A DNA stretch of 27,965 nucleotides, taken from the IMG/VR virus record IMGVR_UViG_3300020042_001076, positions 1-27,965 of that record. One strand, 5' to 3'. Source of the stretch: a virus (Duplodnaviria > Caudoviricetes). The notes below the pieces were generated by a model. The model made no database searches, was not told where the DNA came from, and was given only the letters and a program-made list of their open reading frames with translations. The position numbers and the translations under genes were made by a program. Below, piece by piece: positions 6,508 to 14,223 of the stretch; position 1 is the first letter of the stretch; every line of letters starts with the position of its first letter.

Positions 6508-6517
6508 AGGGAAAATC

Positions 6518-7102
6518 ATGGAAACACCTATCGGTAAAAACATCGCTTCGGCATTTGTCAAAGCACAACGCGCCTTTGGCCCTGCGCTAAAGACCTCGAC
6601 AAACCCGCATTTTCGTAGCAAATATGCTGATCTATCAAACTGCATTGAGGCTGTCATTGATGCCTTAAATGCCAATGGCATCGGTCTCATGCAACGCACT
6701 TACGAATCAAAAGACGGGGTAATGGTGGAAACAATATTTGTCCACGAATCGGGCGAGGTCATGGAGTGCGGCTTGCTTCATGTTCCAGCCGCCAAGCAAG
6801 ACCCGCAGGGTTATGGGTCAGCATTGACTTATGCCAGGCGTTATAGCCTGCTGGCAGCAACTGGGTTAGCACCTGAAGATGACGATGGCAACAGCGCCAG
6901 CCGCCGCACAGAAATCAAGTCCACAGTGGATGAACACAAGATTGCTGACCTGTTGGCTGCGATGGATGAAGTGACCACACTTAAAGAGTTGCAGGAAACC
7001 TACAAAGCAGCCTACAAAGCAACAAATGGCGAACAGACATGGCAGACCAAGGTCATCGCCAAAAAAGATGCTAAAAAAGCACAGATTGAAGGTGGCAAAT
7101 AA
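6518..7102 (+). CDS. erf: ERF-family single-strand annealing protein
   Basis: NPHFRSKYADL, HESGE, DPQGYGSALTYARRYSL...EDDDGN; AAGGG RBS before ATG 6518. Confidence 0.95.
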   Translation: METPIGKNIASAFVKAQRAFGPALKTSTNPHFRSKYADLSNCIEAVIDALNANGIGLMQRTYESKDGVMVETIFVHESGEVMECGLLHVPAAKQDPQGYGSALTYARRYSLLAATGLAPEDDDGNSASRRTEIKSTVDEHKIADLLAAMDEVTTLKELQETYKAAYKATNGEQTWQTKVIAKKDAKKAQIEGGK

Positions 7103-7707
7103 TGGAACAAGGAACAACAGAGTGGTTTGCTGCCCGATGCGGCAAGGTCACCGCCAGTCGGGTGGCAGACATCATTGCCAAGACCAAAACTGGTTTCAGC
7201 ACCAGTAGGGACAATTACATGGCGCAGCTTGTCTGTGAACGGATGACAGGCAAGCCAGCCGAGTCATTTAGTAACTCAGCCATGCAGTGGGGCACAGATA
7301 CCGAACCATTTGCGAGAGCCGCTTACGAGGCCAAGGTGGACATTTTAGTATCTGAGGTAGGGTTCATTACCCACCCATCTATCACGATGGCTGGTGCGTC
7401 TCCTGATGGCTTGGCGGGGGATGGTTTGGTGGAAATCAAATGCCCCAACACCGCAACTCACATCGCAACCCTGCTTGACCAAAAAGTGCCCGAAAAGTAC
7501 ATCACTCAAATGATGTGGCAAATGGCCTGCACAGAACGCCCTTGGTGCGACTTTGTATCCTTTGACCCACGGATGCCCGAAAAATACCAAATATTCATTA
7601 AGCGTGTTAACTTTGACAAAGAACTTGTTGATTCGCTTGAGAATTCAGTCATCCAGTTTTTGGGTGATGTAGACCTAAAAATCCAACAACTTGAAAGCCT
7701 TGCATGA
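7102..7707 (+). CDS. YqaJ/lambda-exonuclease family protein
   Basis: EQGT.EWF.AR.GKVTAS, AMQWG...EP.AR, GASPDGL, EIKCP, QM.WQM..T.R.WCDFVSFDPR. Confidence 0.95.
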   Translation: MEQGTTEWFAARCGKVTASRVADIIAKTKTGFSTSRDNYMAQLVCERMTGKPAESFSNSAMQWGTDTEPFARAAYEAKVDILVSEVGFITHPSITMAGASPDGLAGDGLVEIKCPNTATHIATLLDQKVPEKYITQMMWQMACTERPWCDFVSFDPRMPEKYQIFIKRVNFDKELVDSLENSVIQFLGDVDLKIQQLESLA

Positions 7708-7940
7708 AAAAAATAAAAGACATCACCGTAGTTACTGGTTCTTACACCAACAAAAATGGCGAGGAAAAGAAACGCTATCAAAACATCGGGTCGGTGTTTG
7801 AAGATAACGGCAACCTCAAAATCAAACTGGATGTGATGCCGCTGCCCAAGGGTGGTTGGGATGGTTGGGCAAACTGCTACGACCCCAAGCCTTACGAGGG
7901 GAAACAAGCAAAGGAGTCTGAAGATGACATACCTTTTTAA
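7704..7940 (+). CDS. Small SSB-like protein
   Basis: Y..K.GEEKKRY.NIG.VF...IKLD..P; acidic DDIPF C-terminus; sits in the recombination module. Confidence 0.65.
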   Translation: MKKIKDITVVTGSYTNKNGEEKKRYQNIGSVFEDNGNLKIKLDVMPLPKGGWDGWANCYDPKPYEGKQAKESEDDIPF

Positions 7941-8226
7941 AAGAGCAAGGTCACTAGACCCAGTGACCAGCCATGCAGCAGCCGAACAAGTTGACTTTGC
8001 AGGCCAGCACTTTGATTTGATTGTAGATTGTCTCCAGCGCTTCGGCGCTAGGGGCAAGGATGGCATCGCAGAGTTGACTGGGCTGGATGGACACCAAGTC
8101 GCAAGGCGCTTGCCTGAGTTGGCCAAGATTGGCTTGGTGGAGTTAACTGGTCGGGTCACCAAGTCCAAGTCGGGCAGGGCAGAACGTGAATGGCGGTTTG
8201 TGCCTGTTCAGCGGGAGTTGATATGA
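7924..8226 (+). CDS. Winged-HTH DNA-binding protein
   Basis: AAGGAG RBS; RAR..DP.TSH.AA...IAELTGL....VARRLPEL...GLVE.TG....SGR..R.W. Confidence 0.75.
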   Translation: MTYLFKRARSLDPVTSHAAAEQVDFAGQHFDLIVDCLQRFGARGKDGIAELTGLDGHQVARRLPELAKIGLVELTGRVTKSKSGRAEREWRFVPVQRELI

Positions 8227-8411
8227 CTTGCCCACCATGCACCAATGACTGCAACGAAGGTAGAGATTGCCCTGCAAAAAATAAACAAATGAAACCATAC
8301 GGATATGTTTGGACAAAAGACAAACATTCACCTATGTTTTTTTGGACAGAATCTCCCGCAAAAGAAATTCTAAATAGTTTTGGCGGCGAAGTTGTGCCTG
8401 TGTTTAAATGA
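8223..8411 (+). CDS. Hypothetical protein with N-terminal CPPC..DC.EGRDCP motif
   Basis: ATGA-coupled at both ends. Confidence 0.6.
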   Translation: MTCPPCTNDCNEGRDCPAKNKQMKPYGYVWTKDKHSPMFFWTESPAKEILNSFGGEVVPVFK

Positions 8412-8614
8412 TTGGCCGACTGCTGGTTGCTTCGCTTTGCGCTTGGCTTGGGTCCATTGGGCTAATTCCTGAATCACCCAAGCCGCCATTAACTTCTTTG
8501 CAACTTCAGGCAAAGGCTAAGATGCAGTCAATCAGCAATATGTGCAAAAAGCGCAAAACAAAAACCGTCAGCCGAATCTGCAAACGGTGGGAAAAACAAC
8601 AGGAGGTTTTATGA
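8408..8614 (+). CDS. Hypothetical protein, hydrophobic N-terminus and basic C-terminus
   Basis: ATGA overlaps at both ends. Confidence 0.6.
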   Translation: MIGRLLVASLCAWLGSIGLIPESPKPPLTSLQLQAKAKMQSISNMCKKRKTKTVSRICKRWEKQQEVL

Positions 8615-8712
8615 TTATGACAATATTTGCTTTGGCGATTGGCGCATTTGTCGGTATAGGTTCTTTAGTGATAATTGCATTTTTATTAGCGCACCTTGAA
8701 AATATAGATTAG
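8611..8712 (+). CDS. Small single-TM protein, 33 aa (not in ORF track)
   Basis: MIMTIFALAIGAFVGIGSLVIIAFLLAHLENID; AGGAGG RBS; stop overlaps the convergent endolysin stop. Confidence 0.65.
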   Translation: MIMTIFALAIGAFVGIGSLVIIAFLLAHLENID

Positions 8713-9047
8713 ACATTGCGCTCAAAGTGTGGGCAGTCAACAAGACTTTTGAAGTTTCCGCCCCATCGGTTTTTAGGGTGCAGGGTTTCCCAGTACGCAC
8801 CAAGCGGGGCGAGAATTTCTTTGTCCCAAATGATTTTGCCATCTTTAAAAAAATTCAGATCAATTGCACAGCGCTTTAGGTGGATGCTGTTCATGGTCTT
8901 ACTGCGACCCGTCTTAAAGTAAATGGCTTGCTGTTCAACTGTACGAGCAACTTCACCACCTGTAACCAAGAACCCTTGCTCTGTGGCGTATTGAATCAGT
9001 TTGCAGGCATCCAAAAGAAATGCGGCTTGTTCAGTATTGAGGCTCAT
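8709..9047 (-). CDS. Endolysin, peptidase M15 family
   Basis: R..EQQ...G.SKTMNSIH...AID...WGG.F..LVDCPHFE Zn-peptidase motifs. Confidence 0.9.
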   Translation of the reverse strand: MSLNTEQAAFLLDACKLIQYATEQGFLVTGGEVARTVEQQAIYFKTGRSKTMNSIHLKRCAIDLNFFKDGKIIWDKEILAPLGAYWETLHPKNRWGGNFKSLVDCPHFERNV

Positions 9048-9553
9048 TTTTTCCTCATTTCTGCAAGTTTCTCTACAGTCCTACCGCCAAAATAAGCACC
9101 CATAATCAGCATCCCCCAGTTGCCAAGCAGGGTTACGTAGGACTCGTTTGCGTTGTATCCATAGGCAGACATCATGGCAAAGAGAAAGTACCCTAAAAAG
9201 ATGGCTATCAGGCTCATAGGGCGAATATTCTTTGACAGCCAAGAGTCGGAGGACATATCTGCCTGCCATCGGTCTGTGATGTTGTCAGCATCATTCTGTG
9301 CAGCCTTTGCCAACAGATCAAGTTCAGCCAATTCCATTTTGGCTTTTTCAATGCCCAGCTCAAGCAAGCGCTCTTCGTGTTCAAACTGCAACTGACGCAG
9401 ATTGCTGACATCTTCTGCGCTTGGGTTGTCAGGTATTTTTACGCCAAGCGTGTTCTCAACCACTTCTTTGCCCTTGGCCTGAATAGCGCTGGAGAGTAGC
9501 GTCAATCCGTTTTGGGCAAGACTACCGAGGAGGGATGCGACTATTGGAATCAT
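9044..9553 (-). CDS. Putative holin (3TM/GTA-holin-like)
   Basis: Start ATG 9553; SDSWLSKNIRP..L, TM helices, AYFGGRT.EK; ATGA-coupled to the endolysin. Confidence 0.75.
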   Translation of the reverse strand: MIPIVASLLGSLAQNGLTLLSSAIQAKGKEVVENTLGVKIPDNPSAEDVSNLRQLQFEHEERLLELGIEKAKMELAELDLLAKAAQNDADNITDRWQADMSSDSWLSKNIRPMSLIAIFLGYFLFAMMSAYGYNANESYVTLLGNWGMLIMGAYFGGRTVEKLAEMRKK

Positions 9554-9824
9554 TTCTTTCCTTTTCAACTTGTCTACGCAATTTTTCCATCTTCTCAATT
9601 TGCCGCTTGGCTTCATGCTTGGCCTGCAACACATCCATGTACAGCATACCTAAAATAGGTAACAGCAACACTACAAGCAAACAAGCAGCCAGCCAGCCCA
9701 TAACTATTTCCCAGTCTTGTGCAAGAGGGCGAGGAGGAGCCACATATACAGGAGGAATAGGAAAGTCGCCAGCAGATACGCTTGCCTTTCGCTTAAAAGA
9801 CGCTCCTCTTCCTTGCGTTGCCAT
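9522..9824 (-). CDS. Membrane protein (one TM plus coiled coil) in the lysis cassette
   Basis: GWLAACLLVVLLLPILGMLY followed by a charged helix; overlaps the upstream gene by 121 nt. Confidence 0.65.
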   Translation of the reverse strand: MATQGRGASFKRKASVSAGDFPIPPVYVAPPRPLAQDWEIVMGWLAACLLVVLLLPILGMLYMDVLQAKHEAKRQIEKMEKLRRQVEKERNDSNSRIPPR

Positions 9825-10372
9825 GATTCATCATCCCGCTTCTTTCTTGCTTTGTCCTGCTCAACTTTAATGACATCCCGCATATCAAAAACTTTGCTAT
9901 ACAAAGCCCCCATTTCTTTAGGTGCGCCATATACCATCGCTTCTCTTATCTCAACCTCTAACGCCGCCATCTGGTCTTGAGCCATTACCCGCTTCAAGGC
10001 GGCTTCCATCAGGTTTGCATCAGGGTCGTAGACTGTTTTGCTCTTTTCTTCTTCTTCCCTTATGTGGTCAGCAAGCTGTTCTTGCAGTTTGAAAAACTGG
10101 GAAAGCTGGACAACGATGTCTGCCATGACTTGCGTTTCGTCAACGGCAACGTAGGCTTCCTTCTTTTTCGCCACAGACTTGGCTTGGGCGGCTGAAGCTG
10201 TTCCAAAAAGTTTTTGCCAAAAACTTCTGACTTGCTTTGCATCTAAAACTACCTCGTCAACAGTTTTTTTAATTTCCATAAAAGATGTTTTTGCATCTTT
10301 ATAGAGTTTGCATCCTTGCTTGATAGCGGCAACACAGGCATTTGCAGCAAACAGGATGCTAAGCGGGTCAAT
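9704..10372 (-). CDS. Coiled-coil protein with C-terminal TM; probable non-canonical ATT start
   Basis: Frame is open 31 codons upstream of ATG 10279: (I)DPLSILFAANACVAAIKQGCKLYKDAKTSF-MEIKK; bounded by an in-frame TAA. Confidence 0.65.
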   Translation of the reverse strand: MDPLSILFAANACVAAIKQGCKLYKDAKTSFMEIKKTVDEVVLDAKQVRSFWQKLFGTASAAQAKSVAKKKEAYVAVDETQVMADIVVQLSQFFKLQEQLADHIREEEEKSKTVYDPDANLMEAALKRVMAQDQMAALEVEIREAMVYGAPKEMGALYSKVFDMRDVIKVEQDKARKKRDDESWQRKEEERLLSERQAYLLATFLFLLYMWLLLALLHKTGK

Positions 10373-10570
10373 TTACAGCCCCAATATTTTCTTGATTAAC
10401 TCGCCAGCAAAGCCGGGGCCAAGCAACACAGCCGCAATCACCACATAGAGCAAATACTCAATGCGGGTCATGCGCTTTGAGCCTGACTCAAACGACTTCT
10501 CTATGGCTGTGTATCTTTCAGCGCAAACCGCCTCATGCACCGCCAGCCGTGTGTCAGTATCCTCAGTCAT
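10373..10570 (-). CDS. Small membrane protein (XhlA/holin-like)
   Basis: RLAVHEAVCAERY..I...RM.RIE plus C-terminal TM. Confidence 0.75.
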   Translation of the reverse strand: MTEDTDTRLAVHEAVCAERYTAIEKSFESGSKRMTRIEYLLYVVIAAVLLGPGFAGELIKKILGL

Positions 10571-10923
10571 TACATACCCTCGCCCTGCACGATGTAGACA
10601 GTTGCCGCTGCTGTTGCAAGACCACTGAAAAACGATTCACGACCAAAGCGTAAGATTTCAACAGCACCAGGCACTAGGACAATAGCTGAAGATGGTGTGC
10701 CAGCAATCGGCGCAACAGCATTAGCCGTAGCCAATGCAGCCGTGCTACCAATGCCTAAAAACACCGTATAAACGCTGTCATTGATGATTCGGTATTGACC
10801 CGTACCCTGTGCATCCAGTCTGCCACTTACCAGCGCCTGAACGCCAGTGGGGGCACTAGCCGCCGCAGGAACTACTACGGTGTCACCAAGCGGTGCAAAT
10901 GCGATTTGACTGTTTTGTGCCAT
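10570..10923 (-). CDS. Hypothetical beta-rich virion-associated protein
   Basis: AGGAG RBS; Ala/Thr/Val-rich; ends VYIVQGEGM. Confidence 0.75.
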   Translation of the reverse strand: MAQNSQIAFAPLGDTVVVPAAASAPTGVQALVSGRLDAQGTGQYRIINDSVYTVFLGIGSTAALATANAVAPIAGTPSSAIVLVPGAVEILRFGRESFFSGLATAAATVYIVQGEGM

Positions 10924-10924
10924 G

Positions 10925-11173
10925 TCAGACTCCTTTTGCAGCTTGGGCTGCTTGGTAGGCAGAAATTACTGCGGGAGTGTGAATAGATGCAGCAATGGCT
11001 TGCACTTTGGAATCTTCACCACTTATGTCAGCGCCAGGCACGACAACGTGGCGATGGAATTGGCTGCTGATTTCCACACCATTTTCTTTGATAGCGGTTT
11101 TTGTGCGAACTTGGATTACGCCAGATTCAATGACTTCAATCAGATCAACAGAGATAACTTTTTCGAGAGACAT
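10925..11173 (-). CDS. Tail-fibre-associated small protein (putative chaperone)
   Basis: VD.IEV...G.IQVR..T.I..NG.EIS..FHRHVV.PG.D...ED..V.AIA...HT pattern; AAGGA RBS. Confidence 0.7.
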   Translation of the reverse strand: MSLEKVISVDLIEVIESGVIQVRTKTAIKENGVEISSQFHRHVVVPGADISGEDSKVQAIAASIHTPAVISAYQAAQAAKGV

Positions 11174-11185
11174 GATATTTCCTTT

Positions 11186-11449
11186 TTAGCAGTCAGTTGC
11201 GTCAGAAAACTCTGACAGGGTTTTAAGATGTTCGTATGCTTGGGCAATAAAATTCTTACCATTTAAATTTGGAGAAAAAACAGCTTGTTGATTGCTAATT
11301 TTTTGACCATCTTTTTCACGATAAATGCCTATCGCAATACACATTTCTTTTTTGTTGCCAGACAAAGAATCAACTTTAATGTATGAATTGACAAACTGCT
11401 TATCATCGCCAAAGTTATCTTTGAGAACAATACTTTTTGTAAGCGCCAT
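11186..11449 (-). CDS. Tailspike-associated small protein (putative chaperone)
   Basis: GGAG RBS before ATG 11449; MALTK...YIKV...NFIAQAYEHLKTLSEF..A.DC. Confidence 0.7.
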   Translation of the reverse strand: MALTKSIVLKDNFGDDKQFVNSYIKVDSLSGNKKEMCIAIGIYREKDGQKISNQQAVFSPNLNGKNFIAQAYEHLKTLSEFSDATDC

Positions 11450-11474
11450 TTTTATACTCCAATTAAAACCAATT

Positions 11475-12884
11475 TTAAAAAATTCGTATGTACGACCAGT
11501 TGATAGTTGCAAGCGCACCAGTTATTTGTTTGGCTTGAACGTTAGTTCCTGATATTTGAAACAACGATCCACTGCCGCCATCATTCTGAGTCAAGATAAC
11601 TGGAGAAGTAGCGGTAGCACCGCTATCTGAAACAACCGCCCAAGCGTTAAAAGTAGAGGCTGCGCTGCTTACCCACATTTGAACAATGTATAGACCACCG
11701 CTGTCCGCTACGTCAAATAGCGTAGCAAACGTATTGGTGGCAACAGAAACATCCCCGTTAAAACTTCTAAAAACCCCCGATACACCAGAAATAGGATTAG
11801 GGTTAAAGTTTCCAATCAATGTTTGAGTGCTGGTTGCAGTATTTACAAACTGATTGTTAAATACCGCAACAGATGGTCTGTTACCGTTTATTGGATTGCC
11901 AATTGAAGGGTATGTACCAACCGTAGATTCTTGATAATTTCCGCAAATTGTTCCAGAGTCGCCAGTGCCATTGAAAAACACAAGTTGTGTATAGCTCTGG
12001 CGTGTGAAGTTTCCTGAAACAAGAAATCCATTGCTTGAACTATTAAAACGAATGGCGCTAGCGGCGTTACCCCTGCTGAAATAGCCACCAGTAATTGAAA
12101 TTCCGTTACAAGCTGCGCCCGCTTGCGGGTCAAACATAAAGTCCGCAATTAAACTAAGGATGCCCTCTGTTCGGCATCCAACCATAGAAAGCCCTTGTAT
12201 CCCACCTTCTACAAGCAATGCATGATTTGCACTTCCTTCAAAGTTGCAACTAAGCATTGTGGTTGAATTTAATCCAGAACCGCTGTTTGCATAAAAACCA
12301 ATGTTGCCGCCAAAAAAACAGTTTTGAAATGTTGTATGAACAACGTTACCACCTGATAAAACCCTAACAGCACTGCCAGATATAGCCGTTAAAGTATTAA
12401 GGTTTGACCAAGTCATCTGATAGTTATTACCTGCGGTGCCAGCAAAGTCCACCCCATTTACGGCTGTACGAACGCTGATATTTTCAAATGTTGATGCAGT
12501 AACGTTATTGATGTATAGGCAATTGCAAGCACTGTCACCCATTAGCGTAAAGTTACCGACTTTCATCCCTGTAATTTTTGTGGGATCAGTAATTGACAAC
12601 AGATAATTTCCTGCGCCTATTCCAACGCCAGTAATAGTAACGCCATTCATTGATTCGCCAATGAAATCAATAGGGCCATCAATTACAAGTGGGGTTTCAA
12701 TTCGGTAAACTACGCTAACATTAGCAGAAGGTATAAAGACCCCTTTGCTATTGGCAACAGCGTAATCAATTGCAGCTTGAAATGCTGGCGCTGAATCAGT
12801 TGCTCCTGAAGGGTCAGCACCATAATCAAGGACGTTTTCATACGCCCCTGAAATCATTGAGTAGGAAACTTTTGTAAGGCTCAT
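11475..12884 (-). CDS. Tailspike/depolymerase with pectate-lyase-like beta-helix
   Basis: NVLDYGADPSGATDSAPAFQAAID...VFIP...Y.I..PL; G/N/S/T-rich beta-helix repeats. Confidence 0.85.
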   Translation of the reverse strand: MSLTKVSYSMISGAYENVLDYGADPSGATDSAPAFQAAIDYAVANSKGVFIPSANVSVVYRIETPLVIDGPIDFIGESMNGVTITGVGIGAGNYLLSITDPTKITGMKVGNFTLMGDSACNCLYINNVTASTFENISVRTAVNGVDFAGTAGNNYQMTWSNLNTLTAISGSAVRVLSGGNVVHTTFQNCFFGGNIGFYANSGSGLNSTTMLSCNFEGSANHALLVEGGIQGLSMVGCRTEGILSLIADFMFDPQAGAACNGISITGGYFSRGNAASAIRFNSSSNGFLVSGNFTRQSYTQLVFFNGTGDSGTICGNYQESTVGTYPSIGNPINGNRPSVAVFNNQFVNTATSTQTLIGNFNPNPISGVSGVFRSFNGDVSVATNTFATLFDVADSGGLYIVQMWVSSAASTFNAWAVVSDSGATATSPVILTQNDGGSGSLFQISGTNVQAKQITGALATINWSYIRIF

Positions 12885-12893
12885 TTTGTTTCC

Positions 12894-13727
12894 TTATGCG
12901 GTGTAAGTGCCAGCAATGTTCACATCTGCGCTTGAAAAACTAACATTTGTGAATGCAGCGTTAGCTGATGTTCTAGGTTCTATGCCTGTAGCGACTACTA
13001 CGTTTCTAACGTGCGTTGAAAGGCTTGCTTGAACATTTACACCACCTAAATATGTATTGCCGTCTGTAACGGGCGTAAATGGAAGATTTGCAAATAGCGT
13101 AGAAGTTGTATCTGCGGTTGCTGGAAAACGGCAAAAGATTTCTACAAACACAGTGCGGCCAATTTTTGTATATCGACCAGCAGCAATCGTTAAAGTAACA
13201 CCCGCAACGGTTGGCGTAAACGTACCTTCCTCATAGTCAGCCAACAACTCGCTTGTGCCTGTGCCCGATGTGGCAGAAAAGTCAATGCCTTTGCCTGATG
13301 TGCTAATGACTAGGTTGCCTGTGGAGAGGGATACATCACCAACTAGAGTAGGGGTTGTTGCAAGTACATTGCTACCAGTACCTGTGTTTGTGACGCTAAC
13401 TACGTTCTTGCTGGCATCCAGTGCCAACGCAGTAGAAGCTGTCAAGTTAGATAGTGTGCTTGTACCAGAAACGGAAAGATTGACAAAGTTACCGTCTGCG
13501 CCACCCTCGACTCGCTGCCAAACAGCGCCGTTAAAGGTTGCAAGATCACCTATACCCCAATTGCTAATGCCGTTAAGGTTGGTTGAGCCAGCAACGCTGA
13601 CAACATAATAATCGCCTTTTGCCCCAACGCTAGATGTGAGGGTAGGAGTGTTGGTTGAAGCATTCCATGTGCCTTTGTAGTTCAAAGCACCAAGTGCGTT
13701 TGTAGTGGTTGAGATTGCTTTTAACAT
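12894..13727 (-). CDS. Tail fibre-like protein
   Basis: YKGTWNA.TNTP.L...GDYYVV..AG; GIDFSA...LADYEEGTFTP...YTKIGR.V. Confidence 0.8.
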   Translation of the reverse strand: MLKAISTTTNALGALNYKGTWNASTNTPTLTSSVGAKGDYYVVSVAGSTNLNGISNWGIGDLATFNGAVWQRVEGGADGNFVNLSVSGTSTLSNLTASTALALDASKNVVSVTNTGTGSNVLATTPTLVGDVSLSTGNLVISTSGKGIDFSATSGTGTSELLADYEEGTFTPTVAGVTLTIAAGRYTKIGRTVFVEIFCRFPATADTTSTLFANLPFTPVTDGNTYLGGVNVQASLSTHVRNVVVATGIEPRTSANAAFTNVSFSSADVNIAGTYTA

Positions 13728-13737
13728 GATTTATTCC

Positions 13738-14223
13738 TCAGAATACAAATTCAATGATAGAGGTGAATGGTGGTGCTTCTGTGAATGTTACATTGCCAGT
13801 TGCAAATGTGTAGGTGTTTTGATTCTGATAAACACCGTTAATGTATACCGCCACAGGTCTTGAAGTCACTGAAAAAATTGTCTGTGACCCAGTGCCCGTT
13901 GCATTAGTTGCAAGCGAACCACCACCAAAAGCATTGTCATTCAGCGAGGTGTAGACCACCGTGCCGTTCTTGTTCTGCACCTGAATGGAATAATCACTTG
14001 CCGCATAAATCCGTGCTGGTGTGCCTTGGTAGACAGGGTAACCCCCACTGGTGCGAATCGGCTGTACGGCGGCAATAGTCAAAGCGGCATTGAAAAATAC
14101 AGCAATCGGATTGGTAATTGGGTTCAGATTGACCGCGCCAATTAAGATGTAGCCATCTTCGAGCGGCTGTCCATCAGCATCCGCAAATGCTGGATATGGT
14201 GGTTCTACTGATATTGCGGACAT
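13738..14223 (-). CDS. Stand-alone P22 tailspike head-binding domain (adaptor)
   Basis: F.D.DGQPLEDGYI.IG..NLNP..NPI.VF...QPIRT..GYP...YSI.VQ.K.G; short C-domain G.GSQT.F...VYINGVYQ...FTEAPP. Confidence 0.8.
   Translation of the reverse strand: MSAISVEPPYPAFADADGQPLEDGYILIGAVNLNPITNPIAVFFNAALTIAAVQPIRTSGGYPVYQGTPARIYAASDYSIQVQNKNGTVVYTSLNDNAFGGGSLATNATGTGSQTIFSVTSRPVAVYINGVYQNQNTYTFATGNVTFTEAPPFTSIIEFVF

Noticed and set aside
6434-6517. N-terminal extension of ERF (and similar extensions in the ORF track for rusA, holin, gp7 and the 11186 ORF)
   Set aside because: Downstream ATGs have an RBS or stop-start coupling; the extensions overlap upstream genes.
7506-8168. 220-aa minus-strand ORF
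   Set aside because: Antisense to three well-supported coupled genes; no recognisable motifs.
9675-9705. LAAC as an o-spanin lipobox
   Set aside because: The hydrophobic stretch follows the Cys rather than preceding it, so there is no signal peptide II.
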